Under the pieces are notes generated by a model that saw nothing but the letters and a program-made list of their open reading frames with translations, ran no database searches and was not told the origin of the DNA. From assembly GCF_009914755.1 (NCBI RefSeq), contig NC_060925.1: a DNA stretch of 64,000 nt. The stretch is one strand, 5' to 3'. The DNA comes from the human T2T-CHM13v2.0 reference genome, Homo sapiens. Made by a program: the position numbers and the translations under genes. Shown here one piece after another: positions 51,061 through 64,000 of this stretch. How positions within the stretch are numbered: the stretch's first letter is position 1; each line of letters opens with the position of its first letter.

Positions 51061-51999
51061 ATAAATCAACAGTTTTCAAATGTACAAACAATATCCACTT
51101 AGAATATACGATGGAAGGGAAGACCACATTTACAGTAGCAATAAAAGATGAGCTTACTAGAAATAAGCTTAATAGGAAATGTACAAGCATTATAGAAAAT
51201 GTAAAAATACCATTGAGGGCCCCTCAAAGAAGACTTGAGCCTAGGGAAGGTAAGATTGGTTCTTGAAGAGGAAGTCAACCTCATAAAAATGTCAATTATC
51301 CTAAGTTAATTTACATATTTACTGTGATCTGAGTAAAAACACCAAAATGAATTTTTTCTTGAACTAGATAAGGCCGAGTGTAGTCATATGGAAAAACAAA
51401 CAGGTGTGAAAAGCCAGCTGAAGTCTGAAAAAGAAAAATGAGGATAGGAGAATCTGTCCCATAAATATCAAATATATTTAAAAACTATGGATTTAGGACA
51501 GTGTGGCAATGGGACATGAGTAAACCCATCTTGATGTCCATGCAAATATGCTTCTCCTCCGTTCTTCCCCACTTGAGACAATAAAGCACCTCCATCCACC
51601 CAATTACGGCATCTTTGACATACCCCTTTTCTTCGAAAATAAAGTACCTCCATCAACCCAATTGTTCATTTCAGAAACATACAGCATCTTTGACACACCC
51701 CGTTTCTTCACCGTTTATTAGACATTTCATTACTACATTGTGCACATTCTATCTGCAAAATACCTCTAAATATTGCCCGTATCTTTCCAAATCACTTGCA
51801 ACCATCATAGTCTGGTCAGTATGCCTGCTCACCTCTGCAGAAGCCTCTCCTCTTGCTTCATTCCACTTCCCAGCCATTCTCCACATGGTCAGAGATGGTT
51901 TTAAAAGATAGATCTGATCACATCACTGTCCTACTTCCAACCCTTCCCTTGCACTTAAGACAAAATCTAAAAGAGCTGGGAGAGCCCTAAAGCCTTTGA

Positions 52000-52473
<474 letters not shown>

Positions 52474-53107
52474 ATTGTTTTCTTTTTAAACAAACTTTTA
52501 GTTTTGAGGTGATGCTAGATTCACCCGTGGTCACAAGAAGAAACATGGAGAGTTCTCTTGCACACTTTCCCCAGCTCCTCCCAGTGATAACACCTTGCGT
52601 AGATACAGCACAGTGTCACAACTGCAAATTGGTACGTATGCAATTCATGACATTCAGGTTCCAACAACTTTACAAGTGCTGGGTGTGTGGGGGTGTGTGG
52701 ATTTAGTTTTATGTAATTTTATCATACAAATAGATTCATGTGAACACCATCATGGTCAAGCTACAAGGCAGGAATCCAGCACCAGCATCTCTCAGTCTAC
52801 CCTATTACAGCCACCAGCACCTCCCCACTCCCTCCCTCAGAATTTTAAAAATGAACCTTAAACATCATTTACTCAAAAAAAAAACTTCCTTGATCATCTA
52901 GGCTACATTTTCCTCTCATCATAATGCCCCCAATTTCTTCTTTATGTCTTCTTATCACAATTTTGAGTTAGGAGTAATGGGTTTAATGCCCTTGAAATGT
53001 CTCTCGACTTAGGTTTCCTCATTGGTAAGCAGTTTTTCTATCCTTGATGCCCTCTACTCTGTTTCCAATGAAAAGGAGAGGGCAGGTACTACTTTAAAAC
53101 AAGGAGG

Positions 53108-53427
53108 GGCTGGGGATGGTGGCTCACACCTGTAATCCTAGCACTTTGGAAGGCCAAAGTGGGAAGATCACTTGAGCTCAGAAGTTCAAGACCAGCCTGG
53201 GCAAACATAGGCAGACCTCATCTCTACAAGAAATTTAAAATATTAGCCAGTCGTGATGGTACATGTCTGTGGTCCCCACTACTTGGGAGGCTGAGGTAGG
53301 AGGATCGCCTGGGCCTGGGAGGGTGGGGCTGCAGAGAACCATGGTAACGCCACTGCACTCCAGCCTGGGCAACAGAGCAAGACCCATTCTGAAAATTAAT
53401 TAATTAAAAATAAATAAATAAATAAAA
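53108..53427 (+). mobile_element. AluJ
   Basis: Diverged dimer; flanking AAGGAGG. Confidence 0.9.
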
Positions 53428-56400
53428 GGAGGAGACTATAACATAGAAGTGTCTTGACCTGATAGAAAGGAAAAGGTGAGAAATCAGTGTTTATACTTCA
53501 GTGTCTGTGGGGGAAGGAGGAGGACAGAGGAGATAGAAGCTTGCAGAGATGCCTGTGTTGTGGCCTCCTGTTCTGGGCTGAGTCAAAGAGTGAAGAAGAA
53601 GGTTACACAGAAGGAAGTAGACAGCACACGGAAGGTTGTCCTGTTTCCAACCTGGGACTCTGAATAGAGACCTCTTTGCTGAACTTGGGGCAACTGCAGA
53701 GTCCGACAAAGTGAGCCTCTGTGAGGCCTCTTGCGTCATTCGGGGCCCCCTCTGTGCCATAGAACCGGCTCACAAATCCCCATTGTCTCCTGTGACAGGG
53801 AGACGGCAGTTTCTGAGACCGTACAGGGAGCTGGCCAGAGAAAAAGGTCCATGTGGAGACTGAGGTGAATGACATCGGGGCCTAGGGCTAAAGCCAGGCT
53901 GGTCAAGCCAGGAATGGAAATGAAGCTCTACAGCCAGAGCAGGTGTCAGGTTCAGCCAAACCGACGGGAGGAACCCCGGGCCGAGAGGCGCACGTTCTGT
54001 GTTGCCCCATCTCAGACATCGGCTCCTGATAGCAACCCCACTGCTAACCTTGCTAATCCTGCTAACCTCACTAATCCCGCCCAGACCAGCCCACTCGGGG
54101 ACTGGAGCCCGTTTAGCTCCATCTTTCCACACTACATGGTCACACAAGCCTCCTACACACCCACAGGCCATTTTGGACATAAATCGATAGAAGATGAGGA
54201 AACCTGAAAAATGGATTTGTCCAAAAGCAACTGAATTTGAAGGGCTGGATTAGCCTGCATTTAACAGATTGAAATGAGTTTTTTAAATTTCCTCTAGGAA
54301 AGCCGGCAGGTGGCTTTGAGGAAGATTAGATGAGGTTTGGAAAACATGGGGCCTCTTTTTCTTTCCATAGCTGAGTACAGTGTGGGTAAATTTGCAACCC
54401 TGTGACATATATATTTGTTGATAGGATTATTTATTTAAAATCTACTTATTCTATTGGACTATAAGCTCCACGGGGGGGAAATATTTTGTTGTTGTTGTTA
54501 TTGCAATATCTGCAGTGCTCAGCACATGGTAGGCACTCAAATATTATTTATTACAAAAATTAATAAATGCCTATAGATTCAGCTCTTCACTTCATTAATG
54601 ATTCACCCAAGATAAAAGGTTTCATTGGCTTAACTTTCAATAAAAAGCTGGTCAAGGCCAGGACTCGTTATTATGTTACGCATAAAACATAAATGGCTCA
54701 GTGGCTTTCCCCCAGAGTACAGGGCACTGCCACTAGCTCATTAGATACTCTGAGAAAGGAATTGAACCTCTTTGGTGGGGAAGGGAGGTGGGAGTCTCTA
54801 TATTTTTCTCTCCATAGGAAGAAAGAAGGACTGACACTCCCAACTTCACTGGTAAATGAAGAGTAACTAATAAATACAATTATGGAACTTGCAGACTATG
54901 AAGACACGTGTACCAAAAAAACAAACTCCTCCAGAACTAAAACGCTTTCTACTCACATAAGTTATACTATTTCAAGACATCCTCCTAAGGCTGTGCTGGG
55001 GAATCCTGAGCCCGATCTTCAGCTGAGTTCAGTAAGTCATGTGTGCCACGGGAGGGGCAATTCATAGCTTGCAAAGAGTTGCCACACAAAAAGTGCAGCT
55101 CCGTAGGAAGTCAGCTGTGAGGGCGGGTTCCCTCCTTAGGAGAAATGATGTGGACCACAAACTAGCAACCCCTTCAAGCAGCTCGCCTCTGCTTGAAAGA
55201 GAAAATCACAAACCACCCCAAGGCCGTGAGAACAAATGGACCTCTGCTGTGACCTTAGTGCTGGCACTTTTAGTAGTTTTGTACCATGAATGACACAGAC
55301 ATTATTTACTACAAGTGCTGAGGTGCCAATCCAAGTTATTTCTGGCCTTAACCTCTTGCTTTTTTCCCATGAGTGTGTGGCTGTATTACACAGGTGAGGA
55401 CTTTTTACCAATGAGAATAAGTCCTTTTTTTTTTAATTTAAAGATTTGGCAATAGATGTTTATCTCACAGGTGACTTCTCAGAGATCAATTATTTCCATA
55501 GTTGTGCTTTTGGTCCTGGAATAGAGTGAGGTTGGATTTTAATTAAATAATTAATCGATATGTTTTTAACATGCTCATATGCCAGGGACTGTGTCCATTC
55601 ATGAGCAAAATGAAGAAGCCCAGATCTCTTCCAGCTTAGTCACACCTCTTGCTTGCAGGTAATGGAAACTCACTCAAATTAACTTAAACAAAAAGAAAGG
55701 AATGGAGTGGAAGGATGCAGGAATATCCATGTACAAGAAATTGGACTTCCCATGGGACTGGAACCAGGACCTGGAAAGCCAGGGAAAGTTCATCTGTTTC
55801 TTTTTGGAAGTTTTTGGTTCCTTCTCTCTGCTTCTCTCTGAGCATCTATTTGATTTTTCTCTCCATAGTCTCACTTTCTTTGTTTTTAGAAGAAAATGTC
55901 TCTTTCAGTCTTCTACATATTCTCTTGCTTCTAGTACTGCCAATCACTAGAAATCTCTTTGTTCCAACTGCAAATTCTCAGGAAAGAAAATTCCACTTGG
56001 CTCAGCCTAGCAGTCAATGAATTGGTTCTCCTAGGGTCAAGGGTGCACCCCTGTTCCATTGGGAATAGGCTATCTTGTCCATTGAAATTTGGTCAGGGAG
56101 ACAGAAGCCACTCCATGTACGCAAGGGTGAAGGTTTTATCACGTGGAATAGGAGAGCTGCACAACTACTGCAAGGAGTGAAGGCAGGATACCATGGAATA
56201 CTATGCAGCCATAAAAAAGGATGAGTTCATGTCCTTTATAGAGACATGGATGAAGCTGGAAACCATCATTCTCAGCAAACTATCGTTAAGGACAAAAAAC
56301 CAAACACCACATGTTCTCACTCATAGGTGGGAATTGAACAATGAGAACACTTGGACGCAGGAAGGGGAACATCACACACCGGGGCCTGTCGTGGGGTGGG

Positions 56401-56544
56401 GGGAGGGGGTAGGGATAGCATCAGGAGATATACCTAATGTAAATGATGAGTTAATGGGCAGCACACCAACATGGCACATGTATACATATGTAACAAACCT
56501 GCACATTGTGTACATGTACCCTAGAATTTAAAGTATTAAAAAAA

Positions 56545-56719
56545 GGCGCCCCCTTGTCTCTCACTTGCTGTGTTTTCCCCTCTTTTCCCGGGCGTCCTCC
56601 ACCTGTATCCCAGGCCCCCCAAGCAGCGAGCCCCGGTGCCCCCCACCTTTACCCCTCCTCCCCGGTGCCCAGGGCCCAGGAGGGAGATTGATGCGGGGTG
56701 CTTATTAAAAAACATTGTA
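56545..56719 (+). other. 5'-transduced GC/CpG-rich unique sequence of the SVA composite
   Basis: Lies between the outer TSD (56530-44) and the SVA hexamers. Confidence 0.85.
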
Positions 56720-56720
56720 G

Positions 56721-57981
56721 CCCTCTCCCTCTCCCTCTCCCTCACCCTCTCCCTCTCCCTCTTTCCACGGTCTCCCTCTCCCTCTCTTTCCACGGTCTCC
56801 CTCTCCCTCTCTTTCCATGGTCTCCCTCTGATGCCGAGCCGAAGCTGGACTGTACTGCTGCCATCTCGGCTCACTGCAGCCTCCCTGCCTGATTCTCCTG
56901 CCTCAGCCTGCCGAGTGCCTGCGATTGCAGGCGCGCGCCACCACGCCTGACTGGTTTTCGTATTTTTCTGGTGGAGACGGGGTTTCGCTGTGTTGGCCTG
57001 GCCGGTCTCCAGCTCCTAACTGCGAGTGATCCGCCAGCCTCGGCCTCCCGAGGTGCTGGGATTGCAGACGGAGTCTCGTTCACTCAGTGCTCAATGGTGC
57101 CCAGGCTGGAGTGCAGTGGCGTGATCTCGGCTCGCTACAACCTCCACCTCCCAGCCGCCTGCCTTGGCCTCCCAAAGTGCCGAGATTGCAGCCTCTGCCC
57201 GGCCGCCACCCCGTCTGGGAAGTGAGGAGCGTCTCTGCCTGGCCGCCCATCGTCTGGGATGTGAGGAGCCCCTCTGCCTGGCTGCCCAGTCTGGAAAGTG
57301 AGGAGCGTCTCTGCCCAGCCGCCATCCCATCTAGGAAGTGAGGAGCGCCTCTTCCTGGCCGCCATCACATCTAGGAAGTGAGGAGCGTCTCTGCCCGGCT
57401 GCCCATCGTCTGAGATGTGGGGAGCGCCTCTGCCCCGCCGCCCCATCTGGGATGTGAGGAGCGCCTCTGCCCAGCTGCGACCCCGTCTGGGAGGTGAGGA
57501 GCGTCTCTGCCCGGCCGCCCCGTCTGAGAAGTGAGGAGACCCTCTGCCTGGCAACTGCCCCATCTGAGAAGTGAGGAGCCCCTCCGCCCGGCAGCTGCCC
57601 CGTCTGAGAAGTGAGGAGCCCCTCCACCCGGCAGCCACCCCGTCCGGGAGGGAGGTGGGGGGGTCAGCCCCCCGCCCGGCCAGCCGCCCCGTCCGGGAGG
57701 TGAGGGGTGCCTCTGCCCGGCCACCCCTACTGGGAAGTGAGGAGCCCCTCTGCCAGGCCACCACCCCGTCTGGGAGGTATACCCAACAGCTCATTGAGAA
57801 CGGGCCATGATGACAATGGCGGTTTTGTGGAATAGAAAGGGGGGAAAGGTGGGGAAAAGATTGAGAAATCGGATGGTTGCAGTGTCTGTGTAGGAAGAAG
57901 TAGACATGGGAGACTTTTCATTTTGTTCTGTACTAAGAAAAATTCTTCTGCCTTGGGAAAAAAAAAAAAAAAAAAAAAAAA
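56721..57981 (+). mobile_element. SVA (SVA_D-like), SINE-R truncated
   Basis: (CCCTCT)n, Alu-like region, GC-rich VNTR, SINE-R ending at CTGCCTTGGG, then poly-A. Confidence 0.96.
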
Positions 57982-57994
57982 CAAACATTGTAAC

Positions 57995-58366
<372 letters not shown>

Positions 58367-58752
58367 TCAGGCAAACAATTGCCCATCATCCCAGCCTGCA
58401 CAGTCAAGCCGGTGACTTTCAAGAACTCACCCTAAAACCATTGTGAATCTCAAGAACTTCAGTGTTATTCTCCCAACTTATCTCAGCTTGCAACAGGGTG
58501 ATTCTCAGGACGTTCACCAAGGAGCTGCTGCAATGATCAAGAACTGCCTGGCAGCTCCCCTCTGTATTATCCTACAGCACAGATGAGTGATTCTCAGAAG
58601 TGGTCATCAGCTCTCTCAGCTGCCGGTACCCCCAGACTGGGTGGTCCACAGGAGCATCCCCAGAAACTGCTGCAACCTTCACATCTGCCTGTAAATGCCT
58701 CCAGACAATAATCCCTTCTCCTCATCTGTCTGCTAAGTCTCATGAGTGCCCT

Positions 58753-59063
58753 TTTTCTATTTTTCTTTTTTTTTTTTTTTTGAGACAGGGTCTCACTTTG
58801 TCATCCAGGCTGGAGTGCAGTGGTGCAATCTTGGCTCACTGTAGCCTCGACCTCCCAGGTTTAAACAATCCTCCCACCTCAGCCCCCCCAAGTAGCTGGG
58901 ACTACAAGCACATGCCAGCACACCGGCTAATTTTTTAATTTTTTGTAGAGATGGGGTTTTGCCATGTTAGCCAGGCTGGTCTCAAACTCCTGAGCTCAAG
59001 CAATCCACCTGCCTCAGCCTCCCAAAGTGCTAGGATTACAGGCGTGAGCCACTGCACCTGGCC
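58753..59063 (-). mobile_element. AluJ
   Basis: TSD CTCATGAGT(G/A)CC. Confidence 0.92.
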
Positions 59064-59994
59064 ACTCATGAGTACCTCTTAATGGAAAATTCCAATCAGA
59101 ATCCTGTGCGGAGGGGCGTTCTGGCAAATACTGTTCTGGGTTTCTCTTGTATGATGTAGAGGAGATGATAGACAAGCACACTGGTGGGAAGAACTGAAAA
59201 CAAACAATTGGTATAGCCTGGAGCCCCAGAAATGCAGGACCACAGTGCAAACCTGGCTACAGAGCCCTCAAAAGTGAGTATTCACATATGTGTACATGCA
59301 CATATGTGTATAGGGAGTACTGACAGGTATGGGACAGACAGGTCTCAAGGAGAAACTGGGGCACAGTCTGGGCATTACTTACAACTGGAAAATGGCAGAT
59401 TTCTCAAACTTCCTCCCTCATCCTTTCCTACACAATCTGAGCCACACAAGCAAGCTGAGCTTTCCTTTGGGTGGCTCTCTCCTCCTGAGCTTTCCTCCTC
59501 CTCCTTCTGGCAATAATGTGACGAATTTTCTCTGGTGGGGAAGCCTCGATTACCCCTTCCACAGTCATGTGAGCCAGGACTCTCCATCCAACTCCCAGCC
59601 CCAGCCTGGGGGCTCAGTGACTGATAAGGCAATGGGCCTAGATCCAAGTGCAGCAGATCAGAGTTCTCCCTGAGAGGGACTATGGAGGATTGCAAAATTC
59701 CTTGAACGTGAGGCCTGGATTCATGCTCTTCTCATAAAGAGAGCCTTGCCAAGACACGGAGAGAAACACAGAGCCCTGATGACCTCTTTGGTGTCCCTCA
59801 ATTCAACTATATCTGAGGCCATTAATTCTGGGCTTTTTAATTACATGAGTTAATAAGTTCTCCATTTTGCTTAAGTCAGTTTGAGTTGAATGCCTCAACA
59901 TTCCAACTACTGCATAAACAGAGTTAAATCTGCTCCAAATTGTTCCTCTGCTGGTGTGTTCTCTAGGCCTGTTCCCCTACCCCATCTCTCTCGC

Positions 59995-60305
59995 TCTCTC
60001 TTTCTTTTTTTTTTCTTTTTTGAGATGGAGTCTCGCTCTGTCACCAAGGCTGGAGTGCAATGGCATGATCTTGGCCCACTGCAACCTCTGACACCCGGGT
60101 TCAAGTGATTCTCCTGCATCAGCCTCCCAAGTAGCTGGGACTACAGGTGTGTGCAACCACACCCGGCTAACTTTTGTATTTTTTTAGTAGAGATGGGGTT
60201 TCACTCTGTTGGCCAGGCTGGTCTCAAACTCCTGACCTCAGGTGATCTGCCCGCCTCAACCTCCCAAAGTGCTGGGATTACAGGCGTGAGCCACAGTGCC
60301 TGGCC
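59995..60305 (-). mobile_element. AluS
   Basis: Antisense dimer; flanking CCCATCTCT. Confidence 0.94.
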
Positions 60306-60569
60306 CCCATCTCTATCTGTTGAAATCTCACTCACCCTTATGACCAAGCCAAGCTTCACCTTTCCAAGAGACATGTGGCTGTGGGTACCTTATTACCTCT
60401 GCACCCTCTGTTCTGCATGAGCGGCCCCATGCATTTCCATACACAATGCGAACAGTGTAACATGCCAGAAGGCAAGATCTCATACATCTTTATGTTTCCT
60501 GATGGCCTAACTGGATTATCGCATAAAGTATCTCCTAGCTAAACATTGTTGGATTAGAAAATGCCTGAA

Positions 60570-62150
<1,581 letters not shown>

Positions 62151-62523
62151 TGCCTTCAATTTTTTATAGAATTTTAAACTTACGGAGTCTTCTCTATCCT
62201 ATATCTCATCTGTTCCCCACAACAACCAGGTGAGCATGGATGTAACTTACCTCATCCTAAAGATGAGGGTATTGAGGTTCAAAGATTTATGCCGTGTCCA
62301 AAGCTAGTATATTGTGAAGCAGGGCTTCTTATCCTCCATCCAGGGCTTTTTCTGGATTATCATTTGGTAAGTTTAAAGGGAGTCCATGAGCCAGAGCCTA
62401 CACACGTCGTTTCCAGAAGGGCCGTCGTGGGTCTATATGGGCCTCCTAAAGTCCCTAATGTCCGCGAGGACAGCGTGCTCACACCCTGGAACAGCTTTGC
62501 TTGGTGTTCCCAGGGTGCCAGGT

Positions 62524-62906
62524 GTTATGGGCTGAATGTTGTGTCCTCCCCAGATGCATCTGTTGACATCTTAAGCCCCAGTGTGGTTTTATGTGGAGAA
62601 GAGGCCCCTAAGGAAATAATCAAGGTTAAATGAGGTCATAAGGGTGAATCCCTAATCTGATAGGATTGACGTCCTTAGACACCAGAGAGCTCACTTGCTC
62701 TCTCACAAAGAAGAGGTCTTGCGAGCTCACAGCCAGATGCCGGCCACCTACACACAAGTGGAGAGGAGAGGCCTCAGAATGATCCTACTGTGCCAACACT
62801 TTGATCTTGGACTTCCCAGGTTCTGGAACTATGAGAAAATTGGTTTCTGCTGTTTAGGCCACCCATCTCTGGTATTGCATTATGGCAGCCCAAGCCAACT
62901 AGTACA
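62524..62906 (+). mobile_element. MaLR LTR (MSTD/MLT1A-like)
   Basis: TGTTATGGGCTGAATG start, GGCAGCCCAAGCCAACTAGTACA end. Confidence 0.75.
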
Positions 62907-62974
62907 CCAAGTTAATTAAAGCAATAGGATCCAGAGTGCTGTTTCTCCCATATTCCTAGAAAACATGCCCAAGG

Positions 62975-63296
<322 letters not shown>

Positions 63297-64000
63297 TCAA
63301 GTGGGAAAAAGTTCCTAGCGGCCTCCCTCTTGGCGACCTCCAGCTCTCCTGTACAGGACGTAGCTCCATGTGCTGGCTGAGACATTGGTACCAGCTGTTC
63401 TAACATCAAAGCCCCTCCTCCTGCAGAAAGACAATCACATGCTCTGGAGGCAACTTGGCCTCCCACATCCTCTTTACCTGAGCTCTGTCTGAGGATTGTT
63501 AGTCTCCTGGCCCAGCTTCACCTGAGAAACCCTGGGCTGCTTGGCTGAGGCTGCAGGCAGCTTGGCTCTCGTGCTGGCAGCAGATTTTCTTCCTCAGTGG
63601 GTGCCACTCAGCACTCACATGGTGTGAGCGGAGCCCACCCTGCCTAGGCTGTCATTGTCACATTCCAGCACTCCTTGAATGTGGAGCACTCCCTTGCAGC
63701 ACAGTTGTGGGCCACATGGGAAAACCACCAATGAAAACAATGAACAGCACAGTTATTTTTCTTGAGTCGTCGTGTTATTGAGAAGCGTGGGCTCCAGGTG
63801 AGTTCCAAGTTTACCATTAACAGAAAGAAATGAGACTTGGCATGGACCGAGCACCTACCATGTGCCAGGGAGTGAGCTAGGCCTTTCCCAAAGGATATTT
63901 AATCCTTTCAATAATCCTGCAAGAAAATTTTTAAAATTATTTTTCATTGTGGTAAAATTGGTCATTTTAACCATTTTTAAGTGTACTGTTCAGTGGCATT

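Larger units (their letters stand above)
46980..51500 (+). mobile_element. Old L1M fragments (5' region, ORF1, ORF2 pieces)
   Basis: ORF1-like text at 47950-48330 and ORF2 motifs at 49330-50240 and 51070-51500; boundaries approximate. Confidence 0.65.

Noticed and set aside
51580-51710. A-B-A'-B' short duplication; similar 16-18-bp duplications at ~2109 and ~40198
   Set aside because: Ordinary slippage-type duplications inside old repeats, with no sign of function
56193-56531. 112-aa ORF MEYYAAIKK...
   Set aside because: L1 ORF2 C-terminus running into the 3'UTR of a truncated copy
57135-57794. 219-aa ORF and overlapping ORFs
   Set aside because: GC-rich SVA VNTR read antisense; stop-poor by composition

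Overview
This is primate (human-like, Homininae) non-coding genomic DNA, intergenic or intronic, and not prokaryotic. It is dominated by transposable elements: about 40 Alu/FLAM/FRAM copies, L1PA and older L1M fragments, L2/MIR, solo LTRs (LTR8, MER4D-like, LTR7C, LTR47-like, MLT1/MLT2/MST), hAT-Charlie fossils, an SVA and a processed PPIA (cyclophilin A) pseudogene. I find no intact host protein-coding gene, RNA gene or CRISPR array; almost all listed ORFs are repeat-derived. I cannot support a wholly new biological system here. The most interesting structures are: (1) a composite SVA retrocopy carrying both a 5' CpG-rich transduction and a 3'-transduced Alu, with the source element's TSD preserved inside it, nested in the poly-A tail of an L1; (2) three separate templated or fold-back DNA-repair-like scars; (3) a ~700-bp self-complementary AT minisatellite grown in a FLAM tail; (4) a tailless Alu fragment with TSDs. 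Subfamily names come from recalled consensus sequences and need RepeatMasker/Dfam confirmation.
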